64,000 nucleotides of DNA from a bacterium (GTDB lineage Bacteria; Zhuqueibacterota; Zhuqueibacteria; Residuimicrobiales; Krinioviventaceae). This document shows, one piece after another, positions 19,825 through 30,258 of the stretch. How positions within the stretch are numbered: the first letter of the stretch is position 1; every line of letters begins with the position of its first letter. The stretch spans positions 1,088,001-1,152,000 of the forward strand of contig CAXXMD010000003.1 of assembly GCA_963675755.2 (NCBI GenBank). The letters run 5' to 3'. The notes below the pieces were generated by a model, which saw only the letters and a program-made list of their open reading frames with translations, made no database searches and had not been told where the DNA came from. The translations under genes were made by a program, and so were the position numbers.

Positions 19825-22800
19825 TTATCGCATCAAGATCATCTTGTGGGTTGTTGCAAAGTCCTGGTATCGTACACGGCAAAAATACATGCCCGATGCC
19901 GCCTGGTTGCCGTAGGCATCTCTACCATGCCATGTTATTGTATGCTGGCCGGGCTGAACATGTCTATGAATCAGCGTAGTTACTTTGCGACCCTGAATAT
20001 CAAACACCTCAACCACAACCTGGTCCGCTTCCGGTACGTCAAAGGTAATGCGCGTTTCCGGGTTGAAGGGATTGGGATAGTTTGCATAGACAACAAATTC
20101 ATCTATAACCTGTCCCTCTTTTCCGGCATTCCCTTTGGGTAACTTTTCACCTGGGAATTCCGCTTCTTCCCCCATACACGTTTTCATAATATAAATCCAT
20201 TCATCAACGGGGAAATCTTTTTCTAGAGAATCTCTTATAGCCAAGGCTGATTTTTCATCTTTTTCCTGATAATTGTACACAAGCCATGAATCGAACATTG
20301 CCTTTTTTGCCAATTCTGTTTTGGGAAATTGTTTTTCAAGAATGGAATATAATTCAAGGGCTTTATCAAACTGCTTTGTATTGAACATGTGCTTGGCGTA
20401 CAATTCGCACGCCTTACCACCAACCTTTGTTGCTTTACTGTTCATCTCTGATTCATACAGCTGAAATACATTGTTGTCTTTCTCCTTTGATTTGTGATAA
20501 CATTTATTAATCAAACTCAGTGCCAGTGAGGCGCCGTGATCGTTTGGATACTCGAGAACAATGGTTTTAAAAATACCAATAGCGGCATTGAAATCTTTTT
20601 CCATTATCATTTTATACCCATTGTTCAGTAACTTCTTTGCACCGGGATCTATAGTGATCATGTCCTCCACAGCCTGTTGAACCGGATCATTCACCACCGC
20701 CTTACTCAGGTAAGGAACCGTACTTACGTCACCATAAACAAGTGTATGATCGTCCCAAGAATTATACTCGGCATAAATTGTTGCATTCAGTAATGAATAA
20801 ACATGAAAAGTAGTATTGTCATAAAAATTGTTTGCTGAAGGGCACCCATTATTATACCAACCTAATATCGGGCAGGAATTACTGTCAATGTAAACTCCAT
20901 AGCTGCTGTTATCATGTATTTGGTTGTGCCCGTAATTCGTTTCGCTAAACAGATCAAAATGTGACCCATTATAGCAAGATATCCCATACCCAACATTATC
21001 ATAGATATTATTGATATAAATTCGTGGATATGAATCATATAGATAAATACCACGATTTGAAGAATTATAAATATTATTATTTGCAAGGTCAATTTTATCG
21101 TCACAACAATACAAGAAAATATTGCTATTCGTGTTGGAATAAATATCATTATTTTCAATATAAAAAGTTGTGTTGGGATAACCTATGAATAAACCATAAG
21201 AATTTTGTCTAAAAGAATTATTCTCCATTGTCAAAGCAGTTGTTGCCTCAGGGAAAAAACTATGAAACCCATATTCATTATGATGTATATCACAATACTG
21301 GATTGTTGGCCACGCTTTGTTTGTATGAATACCATAAGTTGCGTTTTGTATATCACAATATTCTAGAATACAATCCGCGTCAATACTCGAATCATTAAAA
21401 TTAAGGCCTCCCCATGTACCGGAGATTGAATTAAAAGTAATCATATTGCCGGACTCGCCTTCAGCAATGAGTGTACCGTTGACTGTTATTTTCTTTCCTG
21501 AAGGAATTCGTATTGTTGAACCAGGCTCAATAGTTAAAATCAAACCGGCAGGTACGGTAACATCTCCGGTTAATGTATGTGTACCTGACCAGATTTGGTT
21601 ATAAGGAAGTGAACCGGAAAAGGTTAATGGTTTTGGTGTAGGATCAGCTAAATATGTTTTTTTGCTTTCAAGAAAACGATTATATGCCGGAATTCGCTGG
21701 TCCAAGTTGGTTTCAGGCCCAACAGCCGGCCAGGTATAACTCGCATCTAAAAAGTCAGGCCTAGATGAATAATAATAAGATACATCTGCCAATTCACATA
21801 CATATCCGAACATTGCATTTAAACTATGAGTAACTGGTTGTGTATAGCTATTTTTGTACCCAAACAAATCCAATATTGGGAGGTGGTCAGCATCATAAAT
21901 CAATGCTTTTTCATCTGAAAAGTCATCAGCAATATTACCAAGAAAGGACCAGTTTTCCATTGCTTTTAATGTAATTTCATCCTGATCATAGCAATAGTTT
22001 CTGACAAACGTATTGTAAAAACCATTTGCGCCAAAATGATCATCTGCGCCAATTTCCTCAACGATGTTTTGCTCAAACAAGTGGCCACAGGGCCATTTGG
22101 CGTGTAGATCAAGGTCGCGATAGGTAATATCATTATCAATTCCCCAACACTGACTCCACGTTTGTTCGCGAGAATAATTAAATGTCCAAACATTACAATT
22201 TGACCCGCCACCGGCAACCAGGGAATGACGCAAAATACGAAAAATATTATTCTCAACAAGACAATTCGTAGTACTGGTAGCCAAATTAACACCATACCCC
22301 CAACCGCCGCCACAATAAGCCATTGCCTCGTGTAAATAGCAGCCGGATACCTCACAATGAGTTGATCTGGAAAACGCTATATGGCTACACGACGGCTTGT
22401 AAGAATCCACACCCCTGACCCAGCAATTGACAGCAATATCAAAATTAATTTGATTGGGATGCCCATCATCTGCCATAAGATACGGCGACCTCTCAATTCT
22501 CAAATCTTCGATACCGATGCTTTGAACAGGATTCATTTTTCGAACTTGGAGTGGCATATCTTCAGCATCATTATCATAATAGTACTGGTTAGCTTCATCT
22601 TTGATATCTATCCAGGTGCCAGAACCATCAACCGCATCAATCTTTGATATTTGTCCGACTATGTGAGTTTCAGGATCATCTCCATCATAACGATAATCAT
22701 AATTTTCCACTACAAAATGTACCCAATCATTAACAGTCCAAGTACCGGATACCGGGTATAAACGTTTATCACCTTTATTAAGAGCGCCATTTACATCTAT

Positions 22801-23253
22801 CCAACTATCAGCAGAACCATAAATATTGAAACAGGCCAGATTGTGTATACCTTGAAAGACAAGTGTTGTGCGATCAGACCCTGCTCCCTGGAAGACAATA
22901 TTGCTACATGTGTTGTCCAGAGTAACAGGCGTATCCAGGTAATATGTTCCCTCAAGGAAATGAATAATTGCCAGTCGGCTGGGATTTGTTGGATTTGGAT
23001 CTCCACCAATAAATGCTTTTGCCTGTACTATTTTAGCCTCTACTTCCGCATAATCATCAGCAGAATTGCCATTAACAATATAAACCTGGACCGGACCGAA
23101 AGAACCGGGCTCTTGTAACAATCCGGCATTGTACCAGGGCACCTGGTGGGAAGCCGGTATATGCCCCACCCCATTATATAATGTTTGACTATAGGCTATT
23201 ACGCTAAAAACAAAAATAAAAAGAGTTGACAGATTACATACATGTTTTTTCAT
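19825..23253 (-). CDS. Secreted right-handed beta-helix protein with TPR-like region and FlgD/T9SS-like C-terminal sorting domain
   Basis: Signal peptide; beta-helix-like repeats (NCWVRGV, NCLVENNIF, NNIYNN); helical region; NYPNPFNPET...VFDIQGRKV...ASGMYFCR. Confidence 0.75.
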   Translation of the reverse strand: MKKHVCNLSTLFIFVFSVIAYSQTLYNGVGHIPASHQVPWYNAGLLQEPGSFGPVQVYIVNGNSADDYAEVEAKIVQAKAFIGGDPNPTNPSRLAIIHFLEGTYYLDTPVTLDNTCSNIVFQGAGSDRTTLVFQGIHNLACFNIYGSADSWIDVNGALNKGDKRLYPVSGTWTVNDWVHFVVENYDYRYDGDDPETHIVGQISKIDAVDGSGTWIDIKDEANQYYYDNDAEDMPLQVRKMNPVQSIGIEDLRIERSPYLMADDGHPNQINFDIAVNCWVRGVDSYKPSCSHIAFSRSTHCEVSGCYLHEAMAYCGGGWGYGVNLATSTTNCLVENNIFRILRHSLVAGGGSNCNVWTFNYSREQTWSQCWGIDNDITYRDLDLHAKWPCGHLFEQNIVEEIGADDHFGANGFYNTFVRNYCYDQDEITLKAMENWSFLGNIADDFSDEKALIYDADHLPILDLFGYKNSYTQPVTHSLNAMFGYVCELADVSYYYSSRPDFLDASYTWPAVGPETNLDQRIPAYNRFLESKKTYLADPTPKPLTFSGSLPYNQIWSGTHTLTGDVTVPAGLILTIEPGSTIRIPSGKKITVNGTLIAEGESGNMITFNSISGTWGGLNFNDSSIDADCILEYCDIQNATYGIHTNKAWPTIQYCDIHHNEYGFHSFFPEATTALTMENNSFRQNSYGLFIGYPNTTFYIENNDIYSNTNSNIFLYCCDDKIDLANNNIYNSSNRGIYLYDSYPRIYINNIYDNVGYGISCYNGSHFDLFSETNYGHNQIHDNSSYGVYIDSNSCPILGWYNNGCPSANNFYDNTTFHVYSLLNATIYAEYNSWDDHTLVYGDVSTVPYLSKAVVNDPVQQAVEDMITIDPGAKKLLNNGYKMIMEKDFNAAIGIFKTIVLEYPNDHGASLALSLINKCYHKSKEKDNNVFQLYESEMNSKATKVGGKACELYAKHMFNTKQFDKALELYSILEKQFPKTELAKKAMFDSWLVYNYQEKDEKSALAIRDSLEKDFPVDEWIYIMKTCMGEEAEFPGEKLPKGNAGKEGQVIDEFVVYANYPNPFNPETRITFDVPEADQVVVEVFDIQGRKVTTLIHRHVQPGQHTITWHGRDAYGNQAASGMYFCRVRYQDFATTHKMILMR

Positions 23254-23281
23254 AATAAAATCCCCAATTTTTTGTATTCAG

Positions 23282-23950
23282 TTAGAAATTATAGCCAATA
23301 TTGAATAAATAGCCCTCAATTTCATCATATATTCTAATAGTATCAGAGCTTTGACGTGCATCTATTGCTTTTTCAATGCTCAAAGAAAAGAAATAACTTT
23401 TATAGACTATCTTTCCTCCAAAAAATAGATTTTCGAATCCCTCAACCCTTCCATCAACGCGTTCATAATCATAATCATATTCACCCTGATCATTTGGTTC
23501 AAGTTTTATCACTCTTGATTTATTTATTTTATTATTATTTGATAATGGGATCATCAGATTATACCCACAATGAAATTCGAGACTAGTTTGATTGCTTATT
23601 TTTTTTGTAATACCTATCTGTAGAGGAATTTCAACAAAAAGCAAATTGATATTAATATCTCCTTTTTTAAAGTAGTTGTCCATTTGATTTAAATTTGCTT
23701 CCCAAATTCGATCTTTTAAAGATATTCTAATATTTTGCAACTTGAGACCGCTTCCCACAAATCCGCCAAACTTTGAAAATGGGTAGTAATCTAATCCCAA
23801 TCCCCCGGAAATACCATAACCTGGCGTACAGCTTTCGTGGCGGAAGGTTGACCGGTTGACACCCACTTCCACATATTTTACGGTTTTAGCCGTAACATTT
23901 TGTGCAACAAACAGAACAAGCGCCCAACAAAAAATTTTTAGAGTATTCAT
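23282..23950 (-). CDS. Probable outer-membrane beta-barrel protein
   Basis: Signal peptide, EIPLQIG, C-terminal FNIGYNF with terminal Phe. Confidence 0.65.
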   Translation of the reverse strand: MNTLKIFCWALVLFVAQNVTAKTVKYVEVGVNRSTFRHESCTPGYGISGGLGLDYYPFSKFGGFVGSGLKLQNIRISLKDRIWEANLNQMDNYFKKGDININLLFVEIPLQIGITKKISNQTSLEFHCGYNLMIPLSNNNKINKSRVIKLEPNDQGEYDYDYERVDGRVEGFENLFFGGKIVYKSYFFSLSIEKAIDARQSSDTIRIYDEIEGYLFNIGYNF

Positions 23951-24170
23951 AATTCACTCCTTTTTAAATAAATGTCTTTAGTGTAAAAAATGGCTATGGC
24001 GGTATCAAGATTTTTCCCCTTGCTTTCATATTGTACCCCACAGTACATAAGCATCTCTTTGCGAATTAGATTACAGTATTCACGTGTAGTACGACCCTGT
24101 GTAGCGCTGAATTACAAGTGAGTTCCCTCGTCACTCGTTAAAATTTACGCATCCAGCACTCTTCTTTTTT

Positions 24171-24199
24171 AGAATAAATAAAAATTTTAACTTTGTCAA
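24171..24199 (-). promoter_or_regulatory. Sigma70-type promoter for the 23950/23253 genes
   Basis: Minus strand TTGACA (24199-24194)-N17-TATTCT (24176-24171). Confidence 0.6.
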
Positions 24200-24477
24200 G
24201 AGAAATTGTAATAAATAGAAAAATTTTTTACTTTTTTCCAAAATATTGAGGTATTTAATGGCCCGGCACATCGAAAGTTCCGGGTGGAATATAAATCAGG
24301 ACATTACTCCAGGTGGTAAACAAAGCGATAACGGGACGAATGTCCCGAATGAACATTCCACGATGCAGAAATCTGCATCGCGATCATAGAGTTTGTGGAT
24401 ATACATTAAAAAAAGGCCCCCGTTAAAATACAGGAACCTTTTTCATTGGTTGTGCTGCTATACCTTTACCGGAGGTA

Positions 24478-27400
24478 TTATTTAATATAGACCATCTTTT
24501 TGGATTCTAAAAAATCCCGGGTCTGTATTCTGTAAAAATAAACCCCTGTACTGACTCTGGTTCCAACGGTATTGGTTCCGTCCCATTGCGCGGTATAATA
24601 TCCTGCCTGCATTTGCGAGACATCCGCAAGGGATTTAACCAGCCGTCCCTGTATATCATAAACATCCAGTTTCACATATGACGCTTTGGGCAATGCAAAG
24701 CGAATGGTGGTTATGGGATTAAAAGGATTGGGATAATTCTGCTCCAGCTCAAAAGTTTGCGGCAGCATGGCATCTCCCGGATTTGTATCTTCAATTCCGG
24801 TCAATACATCCACACCGTTTTCCCAAACCACATTGGCAATTTCAGCATCATTATGAAGGTCCGAGAGATCCATCAACTCGTTTCCATTGCCTTCATTCAT
24901 GTGCCAGTAACCGATTAATCCCGGTGCGTCTTTTTCTACAAAATCATACATCCATGTGCTGATCTCCTGATCAGTACGTACAACATTCCAGACTCGCACT
25001 TCATCTATCAGCCCGTTAAAAGCAAGATTATGATCAATACTGTTACCAATAGTTAAATCAAAATTGCCATTAAACATGACCTCTCCATCAGGCACACCAT
25101 ATAAATAATCCGCTTCTTGCAGTACACCATTAATGTACATTTTTGCCGTACTGGTGGCCGCTTCATAGGTCACAGCAAAATGCTGCCACTCGTTTAGCTG
25201 TACCGCATTCTCTTTAGAGTCCGTATAGCTGATGGTATTGTTGCTGTTGATCAAATAAAAAGATACGCTGTTTTTGTTCATTCCGGGTATATCACCTATC
25301 AAATGCAGCGAAAAATTTTCTTTATCAACAATCCTCCCAAACTCGTATGAACCATAATTATAGGGTTTTACCCATGCTTCAAGGGTCAGGTTTTGCGTCA
25401 AATTCAGCTCATCTGTTGGTTGGCATTTGGCATAACTGCTGTCTGTGTTGAATAAAAGCGAACTTTCTCCGTTAAACACACGTACTTGGTTTTCAAACTG
25501 GTAATTTTTTGTAATTCCACCCCCTTGTAGTGTCAAACTAACACTGTACTCACCGGGAGTTTCAAACACAAATACCGGACTTTTTTCATGTGAATCAATA
25601 GTACCATCACTATCAAAATCCCATTCATAGGATTCAATATAGCCATAAGAGTGGTCCTCAAATTCCACCTCAAGGGGAGCATGACCGGTACCCGGCAAAA
25701 CATCCATTCCCTGAACAATGTTGGACACCTTGAGCAAGAGTATATCATGTTTTCCGGCTCCCATTGAGCGGGTATGGCCCAGAACAACAAAGCCATCCTG
25801 TACCGAACAAACCGCGTTTGCCCATTCGGTGTTGTCTCCACCAAGGGATTTGGTCCACAGTTCATTTGCATTCTCATCAAAATACCGCAGATAGAGTTGA
25901 TTATACAATGTTCCCGGAACCTTGGTTGCTCCCGCAACCAGAAACGAACCATCATCATTTACACAAACACTGTTGCCATAATCATAAAAGGTATCACCAT
26001 AATTGAGCTGCCATTCCTGATTTCCGGCTGAATCTGTTTTGACCACATAGGCCTGCATAGGAGATACAATGTTGCTGTTTCCGGCTATAATCCATTCTCC
26101 GGTATTCATCTGGCTTGCTGATTTGCCCCAGTCAAAAGGGAACGAATCAGAGGTATTGCCAAAAGTCTTGTTCCAGTTCATATCGCCATTCTCGGCAAGA
26201 TTCAGCATCCAAACATCCTGATTACCGGTGTTAAATGCTGACCCGGTAGCGCCAATGACCATATAACTGCCATCCGAGGCCTGCTTGATAGACTGGCCAA
26301 TCTCTGACCGTTCTTCACCATAGGTTTGGGACCAAATCAAATCACCCTGATCATCAGTTTTGATTACATACAGATCTTCTTCACCATTGGTATCAGCATC
26401 CGTAAATCCACAAATCAAAATATCATCATCCGTTGTTACGCAAACCGAATAACCAACCTCAAGTCCGTCAGATCCGAATGTTTTTTCCCAAACGAGGTTG
26501 CCTGTATTATCTGTTTTAACAAGGTACACATCCTTGTTCATATTTTCAGATGTGGTATACCCGGTAACCACATACCCGCCATCCGCGGTTTCCGCAATAC
26601 CGTAACCATATTCCCAGCCGGTACCGCCAAAGGTACTGCTCCACTCGGTATTGCCCTCAGCATCGGTTTTCAGCACCAGCAAATCCGTATAGCCATTACT
26701 GTTCGAGTTGGTATACCCTGCTATTGCAAATCCGCCATCCTGAGTTTGGATAATTGCCTTGCCGCCTTCTGAGCCGGAACCGCCAATGGTTTTGGCCCAA
26801 ATTAAATCTTCATCCTCAATATCTGCCAGGGTGTTTACCAAATCTCCGGATACTGCCGAACCGTTCTGGTTCCGTGCATTTTGTTCAAGCACTGTGGCAA
26901 TGGCGTCTATATTATGCAGATAATAATACTGGTCGCGTACACAGGAAATAATGTTACCATCAATAACCGGATGATGGTCCTCCCCCAAATAGTTTGCGCC
27001 AGCGGCCGCATATTCGTCTTGGTACTTGGCAGTACCGATAATATCAACTCCGTTTAAAAGGTCTGCGGCCGCCAGCACTCGGACCCCGGCGCATGAGGTC
27101 CAAAAGACAAGACCTGAATCTACTGCTGTTTTAATTAATGTCATGGTGGTTGAATCTTCTAATACTTCTTTATAGGGTGTTCCGGAGCGCCATCTTACCG
27201 GCATAAGGGCCAGAACATCGTACGCCATAATATCTTTAATATCTGAAATCAAGCTGTCAACTGTAATGGGAAACACGTTGTCAAAAAATGGACACGGTTT
27301 AACTTCTTCAGTGAGTCCCGTCAAGGTAATATCCCAACCGTATTCATCCATAGCATCCCGATTTAAAAAATAGTTAGGTCCATAGCGTTCTGACAATAGC

Positions 27401-27486
27401 ACCAACACTTTGACCGAGTTTCCGTTAGAGGCAAACAAATTAAAAGACATGAATACCATCAAACAAAAAAGCAAAACCTTTTTCAT
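24478..27486 (-). CDS. Secreted multidomain protein: DJ-1/PfpI + beta-propeller-like repeats + PKD + LamG + FlgD/T9SS-like CTD
   Basis: TSCAGVRVLAAADLL...VIDGNIIS (PfpI); repeated W.KT.GG...E.G...T.DG; APLEVEF...YEWDFD (PKD); TLEAWV...WQHFAVTY...GLIDEVRVWN (LamG); QNYPNPFNP. Start moved to ATG 27486. Confidence 0.8.
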   Translation of the reverse strand: MKKVLLFCLMVFMSFNLFASNGNSVKVLVLLSERYGPNYFLNRDAMDEYGWDITLTGLTEEVKPCPFFDNVFPITVDSLISDIKDIMAYDVLALMPVRWRSGTPYKEVLEDSTTMTLIKTAVDSGLVFWTSCAGVRVLAAADLLNGVDIIGTAKYQDEYAAAGANYLGEDHHPVIDGNIISCVRDQYYYLHNIDAIATVLEQNARNQNGSAVSGDLVNTLADIEDEDLIWAKTIGGSGSEGGKAIIQTQDGGFAIAGYTNSNSNGYTDLLVLKTDAEGNTEWSSTFGGTGWEYGYGIAETADGGYVVTGYTTSENMNKDVYLVKTDNTGNLVWEKTFGSDGLEVGYSVCVTTDDDILICGFTDADTNGEEDLYVIKTDDQGDLIWSQTYGEERSEIGQSIKQASDGSYMVIGATGSAFNTGNQDVWMLNLAENGDMNWNKTFGNTSDSFPFDWGKSASQMNTGEWIIAGNSNIVSPMQAYVVKTDSAGNQEWQLNYGDTFYDYGNSVCVNDDGSFLVAGATKVPGTLYNQLYLRYFDENANELWTKSLGGDNTEWANAVCSVQDGFVVLGHTRSMGAGKHDILLLKVSNIVQGMDVLPGTGHAPLEVEFEDHSYGYIESYEWDFDSDGTIDSHEKSPVFVFETPGEYSVSLTLQGGGITKNYQFENQVRVFNGESSLLFNTDSSYAKCQPTDELNLTQNLTLEAWVKPYNYGSYEFGRIVDKENFSLHLIGDIPGMNKNSVSFYLINSNNTISYTDSKENAVQLNEWQHFAVTYEAATSTAKMYINGVLQEADYLYGVPDGEVMFNGNFDLTIGNSIDHNLAFNGLIDEVRVWNVVRTDQEISTWMYDFVEKDAPGLIGYWHMNEGNGNELMDLSDLHNDAEIANVVWENGVDVLTGIEDTNPGDAMLPQTFELEQNYPNPFNPITTIRFALPKASYVKLDVYDIQGRLVKSLADVSQMQAGYYTAQWDGTNTVGTRVSTGVYFYRIQTRDFLESKKMVYIK

Positions 27487-27564
27487 TACCATCTCCCTAA
27501 TATTTTCAATTTCCTGGTTAATAATAATAAAGAAAAAAGGAATCACAAAATATTGCTGGGTGAA

Positions 27565-28281
27565 TTACAATATATCGGGGTTAACTTCAAAATGTTTTTG
27601 CAAATCTTTATATTTAGACCTGCTCAGTGGTAGAATTTCCCCGGAATCCAAAGTAAGAGTATATTTCCCCTGCCCCGCATGACCAAAAGATTTAACATGT
27701 TCAATATCTGCAATGCATGAACGATGAATTTGTACAAACCGATGCGGAAGAATCTGAATTAAACGATATATGGGCTTGTCCAGCAGCTCCATATGCCCAT
27801 CCATCATGTATCCCTCTACATAATTATCCGCACCCATGAAATATTTAAAGCGATTTACATCCAGTACCCGTATCCCGTTCTGATCTTTTACTGTTAAATA
27901 GCGTATTGCCAGATCATGGCGGTAAGATAAATTAAAATACCGGTCAAAGGCTTTTTGGAGACGTTCTGCGTCAAAAGGTTTTGGCACAAAATCCAGAACA
28001 CCATATTCAAACGCATGCACCGCCTGGTCTGTATATGCCGAAATAATGATTGTATGAAAAGATCCCGCTACTGAATGCTGCAGCAGATCATAACCGTCTT
28101 TACCGTTCAGATTCAGGTCCAAAAGGCAAACATCAATAGAATGCTCAGATAAAAATAAAAGCGCTCGCTCGACCGTATGCACCTTGGATATAGAGGTCAG
28201 CTCACTCCCCAGTACCTGCTGTGCTGTCTCTTCAATAAAATCCGCAATGGGGGGTTCATCTTCTATGATCAAAACCTTCAT
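27565..28281 (-). CDS. LytTR family response regulator
   Basis: IIEDEP receiver domain, LLD phosphosite, KP, FVQIHRS, LPLSRS. Confidence 0.92.
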   Translation of the reverse strand: MKVLIIEDEPPIADFIEETAQQVLGSELTSISKVHTVERALLFLSEHSIDVCLLDLNLNGKDGYDLLQHSVAGSFHTIIISAYTDQAVHAFEYGVLDFVPKPFDAERLQKAFDRYFNLSYRHDLAIRYLTVKDQNGIRVLDVNRFKYFMGADNYVEGYMMDGHMELLDKPIYRLIQILPHRFVQIHRSCIADIEHVKSFGHAGQGKYTLTLDSGEILPLSRSKYKDLQKHFEVNPDIL

Positions 28282-28286
28282 ACAGA

Positions 28287-30005
28287 TTACTCTCCCCTCA
28301 ACTCTATATTTACATACCAGTTACCATTCTCTCTGCCGTAATCCAGGCCCCACTTGCCAGAAAAACTCTCTTCCAATCGCGCACGTACATATTTAAGCCC
28401 CATACCTTCTTCAAGACCCTTGTCATCATCAGCGGTATGCTCATTACCCACCGTATTCTTTAATGTATAACGGGTATAACCATTTTCCTTTTTACCGGAC
28501 AAGTAAAAAGTACCGCTTTCATAAGCTTCATACGCATGGGTTATGCCATTTTCAATCAAGGTATGAAACAGCATAGGCGGCACCATTGCCGCATTATCCA
28601 GATCATCTACAATCAATTCATAATGAGCGCTTTTACGCAGTCCCATGATCTGCAAATGCCTCTGGCAAAGCTCAACTTCTTTATCGATACGAATGGTACG
28701 TTCAGAAGAGATTTTATTAATAATCCTGAATTCATCGGCAAGGGCACGGATCAACTCTATGGCCTTTTCAGGGTGCGTCTTGATTAAGGATATGATGGTT
28801 AGCAGTGTATTCATTAAAAAATGCGGCTGAATATTCTTTTTTAACAGGTCCGCTTCCAACCTGGCATTGTGCAATTGTACATGCTGCAACTCTTTTTCCT
28901 GACGACTCACCTGCCGGCTGATAGACAATAACGCCAGAAATACAAAAATAAAATCCGGATAAAAGCCGGTGCTGAATCCCAGTTGCATTACAAAACCAAT
29001 ATTAAAATCCAGCGTTACCAGTAACAACCCGATAAAAACCAGTATACTGCTGGGACGTTTGTTAATCACAGCCCAAAGACTCAAAGCAAGGGTATAAAAC
29101 ATGACAATGGGTGTATATCGGATCGCTACAAAAACATAAATAAAAATAAATACTGCCAATTGCAGTAAAAGATGCAGCTTTTTCCGGGGTATATCGAAAA
29201 AGTATAATACAAACAATCCTAAAAATACATACGAAAGCGGATCAAATACCTGAACAAACCCCATCATCAGATCATTATATTTCATGGAAATGGGATAGCT
29301 GTAAAGGAGATAAATATACAAGGTAAAAATACCATATCCTATACGGTGCATACCAAAGAAAAAATAAGAAGTATGCCGCGTACCAATAAACAAGGCCAGG
29401 CTAAGCATAATCGCCAGCAGTTCAAATCCGTTTTTAAAATGATAAACCGGTATGGTTTTGCCCCGAATGTTCTTCATATTATTTTCAAAAGTAAAATAAA
29501 TACGATACCGTTTATAAATCTTTTGAAAATCGTTATTCACCCGCACAGCAAGTAAATGTTCGCCCGGTTCCAGCAGATTCTGAGGAATTATACAACTTTT
29601 TATCATATCGCCATATTGAGGAGGAGTCGTATCTGGGTCCCCATTGGTACCAATCAATTGGCCATCCCAGTAAATCTGAAATGCTTTGGCAAGTTGAATC
29701 GCTGTAATGATGGGCATATCCGTTTGATCCACGGAACCAGTGATGTTAAATTTCTTCCGGAACCAGACAACGGGCAGCTCTGTATTTTTCTTTTTAATAT
29801 CTTTTGATTGCTGCCATAAAGAATCGTTGTACGCAGGGTCCGCCCACTCCTGTTCGTCACCCGCTTTGAACTTCCAGCCTGCCAGGGGATAAATAATTTT
29901 GTTCTCAAGAGAAATTTCATAGGGAGGTAGAACCGTATCCTGACCGATTAATTCAGAAAACAGGACCAGAACAACAAAGAAATATATAAAAACATGTTTT
30001 TTCAT
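28287..30005 (-). CDS. LytS-type histidine kinase with N-terminal galactose-binding-like sensor and multiple TM helices
   Basis: WKFKAGD...WFRKKF...GEHLLAVRV sensor; IQPHFLMNTL, LIENGITH, GMGL; start ATG 30005. Confidence 0.85.
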   Translation of the reverse strand: MKKHVFIYFFVVLVLFSELIGQDTVLPPYEISLENKIIYPLAGWKFKAGDEQEWADPAYNDSLWQQSKDIKKKNTELPVVWFRKKFNITGSVDQTDMPIITAIQLAKAFQIYWDGQLIGTNGDPDTTPPQYGDMIKSCIIPQNLLEPGEHLLAVRVNNDFQKIYKRYRIYFTFENNMKNIRGKTIPVYHFKNGFELLAIMLSLALFIGTRHTSYFFFGMHRIGYGIFTLYIYLLYSYPISMKYNDLMMGFVQVFDPLSYVFLGLFVLYFFDIPRKKLHLLLQLAVFIFIYVFVAIRYTPIVMFYTLALSLWAVINKRPSSILVFIGLLLVTLDFNIGFVMQLGFSTGFYPDFIFVFLALLSISRQVSRQEKELQHVQLHNARLEADLLKKNIQPHFLMNTLLTIISLIKTHPEKAIELIRALADEFRIINKISSERTIRIDKEVELCQRHLQIMGLRKSAHYELIVDDLDNAAMVPPMLFHTLIENGITHAYEAYESGTFYLSGKKENGYTRYTLKNTVGNEHTADDDKGLEEGMGLKYVRARLEESFSGKWGLDYGRENGNWYVNIELRGE

Positions 30006-30258
30006 TATCAACCAAACCGTAAATGTGTATAAATATAAACAGCTTGTTTCAATATACAAGCTGAAAATTAAAAATCACTAAAAAATATGTTTAAAAGAAA
30101 CAAAAAAAATACATTTTTATATGTTTTGCAAGAAAATCCTTGATAAATTTGAATATTCTCAATACATATTAATATATCGAATTCAGATTTCTATATTGTT
30201 CCCACACTCTCTCGATGATATTCCGACAGGCATTAAACAACCTAACAGGAGGCAAACC

